Below are positions 22,714 through 36,910 of a stretch of DNA of 64,000 bases, piece by piece; the first letter of the stretch is position 1; every line of letters starts with the position of its first letter. Origin of the DNA: Yuukianura sp. NJ FZ-2021 (taxonomy: Eukaryota); assembly GCA_046563655.1 (NCBI GenBank), contig CM102286.1, positions 806,001 through 870,000 of the forward strand, read 5' to 3'. The notes under the pieces were generated by a model. It was given only the letters and a program-made list of their open reading frames with translations, had not been told where the DNA came from and did no database searches. The position numbers and the translations under genes are program-made.

Positions 22714-25298
22714 TATGAGGGGAGATCGACTGCTTTTCAATAGGATTTGCTGCAAGATTTTTTTAAAAAACACAAGCAAAAATTCCTTGCAGAAAATAGG
22801 GACGAACATTTTCTGCAAGCTTTTTCTTGCAGAGAACGGAGGCGTTGTTATAAGAAGTTTGCGCAAAATCGAGCCGTTGTTATAAGAAACATGCGGAAAA
22901 TCCAGATGTTGTTATAAAAAGCTTGCGGAAAATCGATGCGTTGTTATAAAAAGATTGCGGAAAATCGAGACGTTGTTATAAGAAACATGCGGAAAATTTG
23001 AGGATTTGGAATTTTGAAAAATTCGGCTGAAATTCAACTTTTGGATATATTTGCCTTGCCGAGGATTCACGCGTACTCTACCGTCTTGAAATGTTGGTCT
23101 AGTGAAAAATTGACCTGTTCTCTAACTTTTTGACGTGACCAAATTTTTAAAAATTCACTTGTACACTTACTTTTTGAGGAATTGGAATTTTGAAAAATTC
23201 GGCTGAAATTCAACTTTTGGATATATTTGCCTTGCCGAGGATTCACGCGTACTCTATCGTCTTGAAATGTTGGTCTCGTGTCAAAATTGACCTGTTCTCT
23301 AACTTTTTGACGTGACCAAATTTTTAAAAATTCACTTGTACACTTCCTTTTTGAGGAATTGGAATTTTTAAAAATTCAGCTGAAATTCAACTTTTGGATA
23401 TATTTGCCTTGCCGAGGATTCACGCGTGCTCTACCGTCTTGAAATGTTGGTCTCGTGTAAAATTGACCTGTTCTCTAACTTTTTGACGTGACCAAATTTT
23501 TAAAAATTCACTTGTACACTTCCTTTTTGAGGAATTGGAATTTTGAAAAATTCTGCTGAAATTCAACTTTTGGATATATTTGCCTTGCCGAGGATTCACG
23601 CGTACTCTATCGTCTTGAAATGTTGGTCTCGTGTAAAATTGACCTGTTCTCTAACTTTTTGACGTGACCAAATTTTTAAAAATTCACTTGTACACTTCCT
23701 TTTTGAGGAATTGGAATTTTGAAAAATTCAGCTGAAATTCAACTTTTGGATATATTTGCCTTGCCGAGGATTCACGCGTACTCTACCGTCTTGAAATGTT
23801 GGTCTCGTGAAATATTGACCTGTTCTCTAACTTTTTGACGTGACCAAATTTTTAAAACTTCACTTGTACACTTACTTTTTGAGGATTTGGAATTTTGAAA
23901 AATTCAGCTGAAATTCAACTTTTGGATATATTTGCCTTGCCGAGGATTCACGCGTACTCTACCGTCTTGAAATGTTGGTCTCGTGAAAAATTGACCTGTT
24001 CTCATAACTTTTTGACGTGACCAAATTTTTAAAAATTCACTTGTACACTTCCTTTTTGAGGAATTGGAATTTTGAAAAATTCAGCTGAAATTCAACTTTT
24101 GGATATATTTGCCTTGCCGAGGATTCACGCGTGCTCTACCGTCTTGAAATGTTGGTCTCGTGTAAAATTGACCTGTTCTCTAACTTTTTGACGTGACCAA
24201 ATTTTTAAAAATTCACTTGTACACTTCCTTTTTGAGGAATTGGAATTTTGAAAAATTCAGCTGAAATTCAACTTTTGGATATATTTGCCTTGCCGAGGAT
24301 TCACGCGTACTCTATCGTCTTGAAATGTTGGTCTTGTGTAAAATTGACCTGTTCTCTAACTTTTTGACGTGACCAAATTTTTAAAAATTCACTTGTACAC
24401 TTCCTTTTTGAGGAATTGGAATTTTGAAAAATTCAGCTGAAATTCAACTTTTGGATATATTTGCCTTGCCGAGGATTCACGCGTACTCTACCGTCTTGAA
24501 ATGTTGGTCTCGTGAAATATTGACCTGTTCTCTAACTTTTTGACGTGACCAAATTTTTAAAAATTCACTTGTACACTTACTTTTTGAGGATTTGGAATTT
24601 TGAAAAATTCTGCTGAAATTCAACTTTCGGATATATTTGCCTTGCCAAGGATTCACGCGTACTCTACCGTCTTGAAATGTTGGTCTCGTGAAAAACTGAC
24701 CTGTTCTCTAACTTTTTGACGTGACCAAATTTTTAAAAATTCACTTGTACACTTCCTTTTTGAGGAATTGGAATTTTGAAAAATTCAGCTGAAATTCAAC
24801 TTTTGGATATATTTGCCTTGCCGAGGATTCACGCGTACTCTACCGTCTTGAAATGTTGGTCTCGTGAAAAATTGACCTGTTCTCTAACTTTTTGACGTGA
24901 CAAAAATTTTTGACAAAATATCACTTTTACGTTTACTTTTCGAGGAATTCTAACTTGGGAAAATTCAGCTGTCGTAAAATCTTAAAAATGAATTATAATT
25001 TATAAAAACGTCTCGATTCTCCGCAAGTTTCCTATAACAGCGGCTCGATTCTTCGCAAGCTTTTTATAACCGCGGCTCGATTCTCCGCAAGCTTCTTATA
25101 ACAGCGCTTCGATTCTTCGCAAGCTTTTTATAACAGCTCCTCGATTTTCCGCAAGCTTCTTATAACAACGTCTCGATTTCTGCAAGAAAAAAACTTGCAG
25201 AACATGTTCGTTTTGATTTTCTGCAAGGAAATTTAATTGTGTTTTTTAAAAAAAGCTTGCAGCAAATCGCGCTGAAAAGCAGTCGATCTCCCCTCATA
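22714..25298. mobile_element. Non-autonomous TIR DNA transposon, IS3EU-like termini, with long repeat-containing TIRs and an internal satellite
   Basis: TATGAGGGGAGATCGACTGCTTTTCA ... TGAAAAGCAGTCGATCTCCCCTCATA. 6-bp duplication AGAAAG at 22708-22713 and 25299-25304. The ~280-bp arms contain mirrored ~35-bp subrepeats (GCGGAAAATCGAG..GTTGTTATAA). No ORF. Confidence 0.85.
23000..24970. repeat. 176-bp tandem satellite, 11 full copies plus a partial copy
   Basis: Unit start GAGGA(A/T)TTGGAATTTT at 23000, 23176, 23353, 23529, 23705, 23881, 24058, 24234, 24410, 24586, 24762 and a diverged copy at 24942; copies are near-identical. Confidence 0.97.
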
Positions 25299-28200
25299 AG
25301 AAAGCTCCCCTCCTTGCCTATTTTTATATAATTCAAAAAAAAAAAAAAAACTATGGTAAGGAACCATCTGCCTAACTTAAATTTGCATTCTGCTCTTACT
25401 GCTGCTGCTTCTTACGTTAAATCTTCAAGCCAAGAAGCTACCAACTGGACTCTACCACAACTTAATGCCTTTCCAACATAGCTTTGTCTTTTTTTCAGAC
25501 AAAGAACAATACCCAACGTCCAGCAATAATTTACGAGTCAAAAACAAAAAATATTGAAATCGGACAGATGATATCGACCAAGAGAAAAAAAACATGAAAA
25601 AATAAGAAAAAAAATCGGAATCGGGACAAAATCTCGCAGAGCAAAAAAAATCGGAAAATCAAACATTCCAAAATTTTCTTCACCCTAACATTTTATTTTA
25701 TTATTATTTTTAGTCTATTTTTTTCCAAAAAATCGGCGATATTTTTCGAAAAAACACTTTCGAAAAATAAATAATACAAAAACACTTTCCCTAACGGCTA
25801 ACAAACGCTTTGTGGATGAACAGAAAAAGGATGAGAAGCAGGAGTCAGAAATTAATTCCCTTTCAGAATCAATTACAAGATCCAAAGCAGAGAAGGAGGA
25901 AAAAAAAGATGAGAGAAGATGCGAATTTAGTGCTCGAGGCTCTTTTCATAGTTTTTCTTCTCTTCCTCAAATCAAATTACTGGCAAGGGATGGAGAGAAT
26001 TGGTTCAGAAACCAAGCAGAAGAAGGTTCTTGATTCCATAATATCCTAAAAAATACCTTCAGGAATTTCAATTCTAAAACATTCTTTCTACAAAACCCGC
26101 GTTTTTTGAAAAAGACAAGACTCCAAACAGGAAATCAAACAACAGGCACAGACCAAAAACTGACTTCCACAAGATGAAAATTTTAAGATCTCATTTTCCT
26201 TCTATAGACTCTCGACAAGACTCAATTCCAAAAACATCTTGTTCCTAGTACACTTCAAAATCAATATTATTTCAAGCTTCTTCCTTTTCTTTACATTTTA
26301 TCCACTTTTGTATATAAATATTGTTGATTCTGCCAGAGAAATGGCTTCCAATCCACAAAAACTTCCAGCCTAACTAAAAAAAATAAAAAAATACAAGAGC
26401 TCAAGTGGTGAAAGTCCTCTCAACTTTTTTTTCCTGCAAAAACGCACGTTTTAGCAGAAAAAAAATCCTTTTTTCTGCGTTCTTACTATGCATTTTTCCC
26501 TTCTTTCAATTCAAGTTTCACTTCAAATCAAATCATCCTAACACGCAAAAATCCAACTATCAAATAGGCCTGATTTCGCAAGAATCGTAATCGAAACTGC
26601 CACGAAATTTCCATATTGCAAAATGTAGGACAGAAATTAATGGCACAATTGGAACACACGATGATGCTCCTCTTTTTTCAATTCCTTTGCACATTTAATG
26701 GATCCATTTTCTTATTACATTTCATTTTCAATTGAATTTTACGTCATTTTGAAAGGTCCAACGAACACAACAGCAGGAGGAGTACGTAGTTCCATCAACT
26801 TTTTAGCAAAATAGTAAATGAACAAAAAAAAAACAATAACTCTGCCTAGTAGTCTGACACGCTTGGGTAGATTGGTGGGAAAAGACGCCTTTTGCTTCTT
26901 ACAAAACAAGAAATGAAAAAAGACGAAAGACCTGTTCGTAAAAACCGAAAAAAATTGAAATAATATTTTCATTTTGGATTTATCCAACTTTTAATGACTT
27001 CAAATCTACCACTGAATTCAACCACTACTACTCTTTTTTATAAACCACAACAACAGACCTGCACAGTTTGCCTTAATTCAACCCGTTACGTGATTCAAAA
27101 CTACAAAAACGTTTTCATTGTTCTGTCTCTGCGTAATTCCGAATTGGCATTATGAAAAATCAAGAAGGAAGAGTCAACATTATCAAAAAATACAAAAAGA
27201 AAAAAAATTCAAGAAAAAGCAATTGTTGTCTCATCCGTTTTGTACCTACAAACAAACGGCTTTTTTTTGTCTTGAGAAGATCATAATGAGAAGCAGCGGA
27301 AGTTGCATTTTAGCCAATGCACTTTGCCTTTGCTTTGCTTCAGGGTCAAAGGAACACGACAAGTCATGACATACGCAACTACTCACCTTCCCAAGTGACT
27401 AAAAAGTTCCCAAGCAACTTTAACTAGTCACTCCTCTGATTCACCTTTTTTTATTATATAAAATAAAATTAACCTCAAATTATTCATCACCTTTCCTCCT
27501 GTACTCTCTAATTCTCCGGGGTCATCTTCCACGAACGTTGTAAAATGCAATCAACTCAAAAGTCCAAACTTGGAAAACTTAAAACAGACGCCAGACACAC
27601 TGACTAACATCACGTTGTCCTTCTGTCTGTCTGTCCGGCCATGACTAATCTTCATCCTCTGACTCATTACAACTTTTAATTTCAAACGCTAAACAACTTT
27701 TCATACAAAACGATGAAAACCAAACGGAAAACGACTAGAAAACAAAACTAAAAAAAAAAAAACAAAACAAAACAAACACAAAATTTTTTCTTCCAAGATT
27801 CTTCAAACTCAATTTCAGCGGCTGTGTTGACCGGGCAAATCCAATTTTTTTAAAATATCAAAATCTTAATTCTGGAGAAATCTTTTCTTTTTCTTCAGTT
27901 TTTTCCTTTTTTTGATAAAATTAAAGAAAAATTTCGTTTTAAACCAGTTTCAGTTTGATTAAATACGCCACTTCCGCTACTTCTCTAAATCCGTTTCCTC
28001 TTACTACCAAAATTTCTTTAGCTTTTCCTTGCCTCAGCGCATTTCCCTTGTCCTTTTCATTTCCAATTTAACTTTTTGGACTCTCTCCGTTTTTCTTTCT
28101 CGTCTTCTCCAGAATTGAGGAAGTCCGCTGAAACTCCAATTCTGGAGAGACACAAACGGAAGACGGAAGTCAAAGAGAGGCACACAACAAGGACTTTCTC

Positions 28201-29341
28201 CGTCTCCAGCACAGCAGAGTTAAAACTTCCGAAAATTCCATGTTGAGCCTCATCTATTTTGCATTCCATCCGAAAGGAAGAAGGCGGAAGATGAGACAGG
28301 GAACATAACTCTTCGCCCCACAACAGACATTCTCAACTGCCCAACTTAACAAATATGGAGAAATCCATACAACAGCACTCCTTACGGCACAAACCCAACA
28401 ACAAAAGTACGAAAGTGTCCATATGTCACGTCCTACTAATCAAAGGCCTCAGCGCCTCCCTTAACACGTCCATGTCAATCTCAACTTAACCAAAAAATAA
28501 GCTATGGGCAACATAATTAGTCAGAGCAACAACATTTGAAATTTCCCTCCCACACACTCTCACTTTTACTCAAATTATTCAAAAAAGGCCCACCAAAATT
28601 TGAAATTTAGTCCTGTCATTATAACTCTCCACACAAATGCATTTAGGAAGATGAAATGACAACGATGTCATAAAACCCAAAATGTCCATCTCTGCATCTC
28701 CAACCAAAGAAAGCGAAAATAATCCCAAAACTCGTTTTCTACACGCAGTCTCTACAATTACAATCAACCACAATTACACTTTTGACCAAAAACAGATCAA
28801 AATTGCCGCCATTTCTCATCTCTCCCAAATGTGCGTCAAATCTTTCAAATTACCGAGACAATTAAATGGCACGAGGAACCAAAACATGCCAACCGCCTGC
28901 GGCTGCGCAGAACATCAAAGATTCTACTCATGAGCAGAGCAGAAGTGATCCATACTGAATCTTCAAACAAAAGAACAGATTTTAATCTCGACATGCCAAA
29001 AAAAACAAGATCACACCGTCGGCGTCGGCGCAGAGGCACGTTGTTGCAAATTTCTCCTTCCATAAACTGATATTAATTGATGTCAAAACATAAAAAGACA
29101 ACCTCCTTCGTCGAATAAACAAAAAGTGGAGCCCTTTGAGGCATTTGTCACACTTAAAGATCATGTTCAAATTCAAGTGTGAGGATGAGAAGAGGCAATT
29201 TTGAAATTTGGCTCACACCACATATGAAACATCCATAATGCCCACAAATACTTCCTGCCTTGCTCCACATCTTCTTAGTGCTCACTAAAATATCAGCAGC
29301 CTCGACATTTAAACCACAACTTGATTCCATTTTTCACTTTA

Positions 29342-29850
29342 CCGTAAACCTTCTACTAAATGCCAAGGCACATACAGGAGAACTCGAACCTTCCGACCAC
29401 TTACGATTTGCTACACCACCGACCACCTACCACTTAAGCGACCACCTACTTTGTTATGACTACGAACACCTACAACTTGATATAGCACCTACCACTTGCT
29501 ATACCAGCTACCACCGACCACCTACCACTTGTTATACCACCGACCACCTACCACTTGTTATACCACCGACCACCTACCACTTGTTATACCACCGACCACC
29601 TACCACTTGCTATACCACCGTCCACATACTACTTGCTATACCACCGACCACCTACCACTCGATATACCACCTGTCACTTGCTATATCACCGACCACCTAC
29701 CACTTGGTTGGCCTCAAAATGCCGCTAGAGTTGATTCAAAATAACGACTCTACCGTTGGTATTTATCAGAAACCGGTGTTTATTTCTATGTCTGAGAGTT
29801 GAACCTACTGGTTTTTAATGGAAAATAGGCGTTTGTGAGAAGTTTTACGG
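29342..29850. mobile_element. TA-TSD MITE related to the 12965-13123 element, containing a minisatellite
   Basis: TA/CCGTAAACCTTCT... at the left and ...TGAGAAGTTTTACGG/TA at the right; the right TIR is nearly identical to that of the 13-kb MITE. Confidence 0.7.
29395..29706. repeat. 26-bp minisatellite CACTTGTTATACCACCGACCACCTAC
   Basis: About 8 clear units at 29493-29706 plus degenerate units upstream; period 26. Confidence 0.9.
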
Positions 29851-32800
29851 TACACTTTGCATTAAACAGCCTTAAAATAGTATAAGAGAGGTAAATTGCG
29901 AAGACCTACATTAGGTTTACATTAGGTTTTTCCCAAGAGTCTTTTAAGCTCCGAATCTCATACGTAAGCTTCCTCTAAGCTTCTTTTTGCAAGATGCTCC
30001 AACCAATGGAATCTTTTGATGAATCTGAGAAGTGGTAATCAGGTGTGATGATACCAAATCCAAAAACTTTTGGCATTATGTGCGCAAGTCTGCAAAACGA
30101 GGATGAAAGTATGACTGTTAAACCTATGACACACTTCACACAAACCAACTTTAACTTAAAAACTGCTCAACTAAAAAAACTGATCCGATTAAGATAATAC
30201 GCCTCCAAAAAAAAATTCGACTCTCCGACATACTTTCTCTGTGTAGAACAGCCTTAACACACCCCGCAGCATTAGCCACAAGCCCAGCTCTATTTCACAC
30301 ATTCAACCAAAAACACAAAATCCAAAAACACATTTTTTTTTCAAAAAACTCAAACACAAAGAAATTTAATCTTGAAATCTAACATTGATCTGACGCATAA
30401 TACACAACTGCTAAAAAATCTCCGACGTGTAGAATTACCTAACCTTGTCCATGTCTACCCAAAAAGTCAGGTACTTATTTAGGCAATCATTTTTCTCAAA
30501 AACTTCAATTTCAAAAATCAACCTGTTTAGGTACCACTCCAAAAATTTCTCAAAATCAACATTTTAGAAACACTTTTACCCAAATTCGAGACAAATCCAC
30601 CCAAAATCTCATTTTTTAAGATTTTAACTGGATTTAACAAGAATCCGCGTCAATCCTAACTTCCCCAAAAGGAAATCGATACTCCAGATTAGTTTTTATA
30701 TGTTCTTCGCATGTCAAAATCTGATTCCGGAACATCTTAATCTCACAGCACAGAACTCCTTTAGTTCCGAAATTTGATCCTCATCAACTTTACACTCTTC
30801 TCTTTTCATCTTCAGATGCAACCTGCAGATAATTCCGAACAATCCCACTTTTCCAAATTCTTTTTCCGAAATTCCGAAATTCCAAGTGCAACTAATCATA
30901 GCACAAAGTGCATCTAGTGCATTAGCGTCACCATACAACAAAAAAAGTTGTTTTTTACGCCACTTTTGACCTGCGTTGCTGCTTTCTTTTTATGTTCCCC
31001 TCCATGTCAAGCCTTAATAACCTCTCTTCTGCAACTCTTCTCCAGTGGAACACTTCTTTACACAGCAAAAAAAAATTCAGCGTTGTACTACACTCCATTT
31101 CCAAGAACACGAACAGCGGATCAAGTTTCAAAAAAATCCAAAACGAAAAAATGAAAATCCTAGTTGGAAATGTTTGCAATTGGATTTAGCTCTCCCCTGC
31201 AGCATCTCTTTTTCCTCGCATCTTCGCTTCAGACCTGACCCCAATTTTTACTTCAAAGGCTACTGCCGTTATACTACCCGCCAAAAAATCCAACTCTCGA
31301 ACAAAGCATAACTCCAACTTCCATTTTCCACGCTTTCTCCGAGGTCCGCACTCTCCGTTTCAACTTTCACCCAAAAACACACTTACAGCAAGCACTTATC
31401 GCGTAAAAAACCAATGTCGTTCAAACTCAAATAGAAAAAACAGTTCATTTCATACGCATTTCCCGCTTTTTTTAAGGGTCAAAGCAACTTCCCAAAAACT
31501 TGCACTTTTCACACTTTGCACCAAACGACGCTTCTCTCAGGGATTTCACATTTCGCTGGGAGGAAAACACAAAAATAATAGAATTTTACAGCAACTTTAA
31601 CTGAAACTGAAACATGTACGCACTTTTTCCAGTATCTATTCCCAACATAACTTTAGAGAAGCATAAAGTGAGCTCAGGCCGCCTCAAAGTACTGCAAAAA
31701 CTAACATTTCTTAATAAAACTTTTATTTTTCTTTTCTCTTTTCGATGAGTCAATAAAATGTTCCGCCTGTTCCTCCTACTCAACTTTTTTTCTCTTCCTC
31801 CGAACAAAATCTCCAAAAGTGGAACCCAGTCAAACAAGAAGTTGAAAAAAGCAAGAGCAGACACTACTGCAGAAACAAGACACTTTTTCCTCCTCCTCAT
31901 CTGCCAAGAGCCCAAAAAAAACCGAAAAGAATGAACTTCCAGCAGCAGCATTTCAGAAAAAAAGTTGGCGAAAAAGGAGAAGCCCAAATGTTAATGGTAA
32001 TGGCTCTACTTTTTTCCTGGTTTTTTCAAAAGTGCATAAGAAGATCCAGCTACTTTGAGCGTATCAAGTTAAAAAGACATACAAAAAAGTTCAGGTTCCA
32101 GAACCTCTCCAGGCTCCGGTTCTGTTTCTCCACACTTTCTTGTCTCGGATGCTGCTCCAGCACATGAATGCTGCTCCAGCACATCCAGTAGTGTTAGTGG
32201 TTGTAACTTTGGAATTAGACGGCCGTTCTAGGACCTGGTATACACTTGAAGTGCCAGTAGAAAGTGGAGCAAAAAGAATTAACAAGTGATATATTTCAAT
32301 AAGGGCAATAAAGTGGAGGTTCCCTCTCCTCTCAAGATTTATTTCCCAGGCCCCATTTTCACAAAAGCAAACTTTCCTAATAGTTCTCTTAAGCATAAGC
32401 CCAACATTCCCCATGCTCAATTCCAAAAGAGAGAGCGACGAATCCTCAGAAACAGCCGACTTTCTCCACCCTCCCAAACTCTCATCTCCAAAAAAAGCGT
32501 CTTTCTATACCGAAATCCCTCGTCCTATATTCTGATTAGATAAAGTCCATTGTCATTCCTTAACTTACTTCTTCTAAAGAACTACTTTCTTCCAACATCA
32601 CAGAAGATGCTTCTTACAACGCAAGATACTTGCTCAGTATACTTACACAGAAGATACTGGAAGATACTTGCCCAGTATCAGTAGTAAAAAAGGAGAAACT
32701 CACTCTCTATTGACTCTACTTCCTTCTCATCTCATTTCTCCAAACATTCCGAGCTTGACCTCAATTTAAGTCAGCAGTTTCCGACAACAGGGAACCTAGC

Positions 32801-35800
32801 CAAACATTCACAAAAAACTAACATTTTCGAGAAAAAAAAAACTAACATTTTCAGAAAAAACTAACATTTTCAAAAAAAAACTACTTTCTTCCAAAAACTA
32901 ACAATCACATACGTCCACTGACCTCTGACCACCCCATCAAATTGACATGCCTGTCATAACTCAAAACTAAAAGTTCGAAAACTCCTGTCAAAACTCACAA
33001 GAGAAACTCAAACTCTAAACTTCGCAGTTTATTAGCTAAACTTTTTAATTTTTTTTTCTTCAAATTTTTGCCAAACCCACAAAAAACATAAACAACACGC
33101 AGACGCATCTCTGGCATAAAGTACAAAGTATGCGGAAATTATACGTTTTCCACGACACCAATACTTAACATACAGCACTGCCCAGCTATTAAACTCTACT
33201 CATCTTTCCTTCATCACCGCTTTTGGATCTGTTTCATTTCCAGGAAACATTTTCAAAAAAAAATCAAATCCATTTTTCCAAAATCCTCCTTTTAAAACTC
33301 AAATTTCATAAACAGTTATAACATAACCATAATCACAACAAAACAGAAATCGAACGGTAATTATGACACGAAAATGGCAACAAACAAATGTGTTTATCGC
33401 ACAAACCAAGATCATTTGAACGTGCGAATCGCAGCTTCGCACGATGCAATGATGCAAAAAACGGTTGTTACTTGGCAACCACTTTGCGAAGTGTTCAAAA
33501 TCTCTCAGAAGATGAAACACAATGTCCAACGAGATAAATATAATGGGTAGCCCCGAGGCCAAAGTTCATTTAACATGGAAGCTCAACTTTTTGCCCCTTG
33601 TTTTATTTGTTGCCCACCCGAAAAGAAGATCACGTTGTAATAACTTCTGCTTCTTCAACATAACAACAGTGTAAGTATAACATAGACTGTGCTATAACAT
33701 GTCGGAGCAGGGATTTTCTTTATGAGAAGAGGATCTAGTCATCTCGGGATGAAACTAAACAGAGAGTCTCTACTTTTTATATCACAGATCAAGGGCCTCT
33801 TCTGTCTCTGGATTCCAGGAAAACTGTCCTCTCAAATATTCCAGAAGAGAAGATTATTGCTCCAGGCAGTGCGTGTAACTTCGCCTACAACATAGCCTAA
33901 CTTTAACCTAACTAACCTAACCATATATGTGGGAACCAAAAGTTGAAAAGAAAATCTTTATATTCAAGATTCCAGAAATAATCAAATCCATCCTTCATCT
34001 CCGGAGACATAACTTTCTCCTTAGCGCCAAAAACAACTTTCTTTGTTTTTCAAAAAAAAAAGTTAATCAACTCAGACACTGCGGAAACCCTAAATGTATA
34101 CCCTGCAGATTCTCGGTTGAAGTGAACAAGCCAACCACCTCCTTGTACCCACCAGTTCAAATTCTGCCGACGACCTTCTTCCTGCCTTATTAAGCCCGAC
34201 GCCAACCAGTTGACGACAGTGTACCAATCACGCAATTTTTGCGACAGTTTTTCGAAACAATGATAATGAAGGCACGACTCCGCGTGAGCATGGGTACAAA
34301 CATAGCAATTCTTGCCAACTTCAACCACATTTCGCATCAAAGTTTCAAAACTTTGAGAATCCCAAATTAATATGCAGAAGGCAGTTGGTTGTTAGTGCTG
34401 CACGCGTTGGAGTCAAAAAATTCGTGACACACCGTCTGCCTAAACAGTTTCGTACTTTTTAGTTTTTCTTTTAAACAAAAAAGAAATCGATTTCGGCCAA
34501 CCTGTAAATCTTTTCCCTTTTCATTCTAACAACAACTTTTTTTCAAAAGTTATTATTAAAATGGCGTTTATCTTGTGAACACCTTACGTAGATGACAGGA
34601 ACAACAAGGCTTGGCTTTTTGAAAAAAAACAACAACACGTTGAGTTGACATACTCCAATGAATGAAAAATGAATGGAAACCTGTCATTATATTCGCAAAC
34701 TCACTCCAGTCAGAAACAACAATGCAAAAATCTGTAGGAAAAATCAGGAAAGTGGAAAAGTGGCATAAAATGGAAATGGGCAGAAAATCCTATCAGCTCA
34801 AAAGATCTTTGGATCTTGATCTTCTCCACGTTCTCTCATCTCCACTCGTGTTCTTAAAAAGTTCTTAAATTTTTACACTCTAGGGAAATAATTAAGCTTT
34901 CATCTTCACCATAGAAGATGAGTCGAAATAAGAGGAAAAGCGACACTCTCTTGCTGCTTGGGTTTCGAGAGTCACTAAACCTCGGATACTCGCAGATGAA
35001 CTCAATCCTGTTTGGTCTTACCCTTAATTCAAAAAATCTCACAATTTGAATTGTCAAACTGCTTAAAAAATGTCGGCCAAAACAACATTATGTGTAAGTA
35101 TTTAGGCTAATCAAAACTTTAAAACAAAAGCAACAAAAAAAAGTATGCGCGCCAATCAATGTCAGAGAGAAAACTACAAAAACAAACTTTTCCACCCACC
35201 GGTGAGCGGCGTCCTTTACAATTTCAAAAACTTTTTGAATCAACGCGGGAGAAAAGTCTATAAGTTTGTAAAATGTAAATGAAAAAGTACAAAGTTTGGG
35301 AATAAGGGAATTAATTTGAGTGGAATTTCCTTTGAGATTTGGAATTGCACAAGAATCCAACAACGAGAAAATGGTAATGCAAATATTTGACGTTGGATTT
35401 TGATTCATAGCTCCACGGTCTGTCTAACCACGAACTGCACTATGGCCTTACTCTGTAAAAACTAAAATATGAATCTTCACTGTCACTGGTCAAAGGTCAC
35501 CGAGGTCTGACAAGAACAAATATCACGAGAATTAATCAGTTTAATTGTATTTTATTGTCTGTTAACCTCGAAAACTAACAACGTTAACGTCGTTGTGTGC
35601 GAAACCAGCTGATTAACATTGAGTTCACCTGCGAATACACTCGCTCGTTATCCATCTTTGCAATTAAGCCAACCAGTGACCCCCCGAAGCTCACTGTGAA
35701 ATATTGCTCGGACAGGGCAACAATATCACCATGAATTAACTGCCACACGATCAAGGATATGTTCAAAAATTGTTGCAAATAACTACAAGTAACCTTAGTA

Positions 35801-36384
35801 ACTAAAAACTAACGTTGTAGAATTTCTCGACGAAGGATAGCACGACTTAAAATATTCGTCGTGATTAATCAACGTCTCAACTTTTAAACAAACAAAAGTT
35901 GGTACAATACTGAAATTGGGATTTAATTTATACCGTCCAACTTCGTGTGTTGTTTTCATCCATTTAGTTAACTTCAAACTCCCAAAAACTCCTATCACAT
36001 TTTCTTCCAGAAAAGACAAAGGATTGTTTTGTGGCTCATCTTGGCCGCCATAGTTTCCATTTAAACAGAAAGACAGTGACAGAAGAAAAAGAGCCAACGA
36101 ACTTTATATCTTAAGGTCAACTTCACCGTAGTATTTTAATGAGCCACTTCGTAAACAATGAATCAAGTGACTTGATCCAAGTCAACTTTGGTTTCATTGT
36201 TATGTTTCCCTTAACATTAGGACTTACGTGAAGTGGTAACCAACAAGTAGAAAATGACAAGGCAGGAGAAGTAGTTCCATTGTCGTCTTGTATCCGTCGT
36301 AGTCTTGAACAATAACGTCGGTCGGTCCTCCATTATTGATTAGTAATCGTCCACTACTACGAGACATGCATCCACCAAGTTACT

Positions 36385-36910
36385 AGACTAATTCAGATTT
36401 GGGATTGGGACTGGGCTTGTGGACTGTGCTACAAGCTACAAGCTACAATCCACGAGTCCAGACAAAACAGTTTCGGTTTTTCCAGATGGTGGACTGTGGA
36501 CGGTAGAAATAATCGTGCTCAATTTGAATTTTTTTAACAAGTATTACATATAATATTACATATTTTTATAATATAATGGAGATTATTTAATTCATCATAT
36601 CATTCAAAAATGTTTTTGGAACAATAGCGGTTGAATTAATTCCTATTGTACACACAATTACCATTTTTTTACCAAAAGTTATCGAATTACTATTGTTAGT
36701 AACTGTTTATTCTTGCAAACCTAAATTGACCACAGCATTCCTGTCAGCTTTTTTGAAAACAAAAAGCGGGAATGAGATTTCCACCGTCCAGTCCCTGAGA
36801 GAGACGTGTTTCAAAAAAATGAGGAAAAGACTCTCTCAGGGACTGTAAGGACGGTAGCTACCGTCCACCGTACAGTCCACCGTCCCAGTCTCTGAAATCT
36901 GAATTAGTCC
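36385..36910. mobile_element. Non-autonomous PIF/Harbinger-like MITE (~526 bp)
   Basis: TIR (A)GACTAATTCAGATTT / AAATCTGAATTAGTC(C); 3-bp duplication ACT (36382-36384, 36911-36913); mirrored subterminal GTGGAC/GTCCAC motifs; internal IR CAGTCCCTGAGAGAG / CTCTCTCAGGGACTG. Confidence 0.65.

Noticed and set aside
23000..24970. CRISPR-like array
   Set aside because: Whole 176-bp units are near-identical with no unique spacers, no cas genes are present, and the context is eukaryotic.
29260..29802. 180-aa and 82-aa ORFs with repeated peptide motifs
   Set aside because: By-products of a 26-bp minisatellite (not a multiple of 3) inside a MITE.
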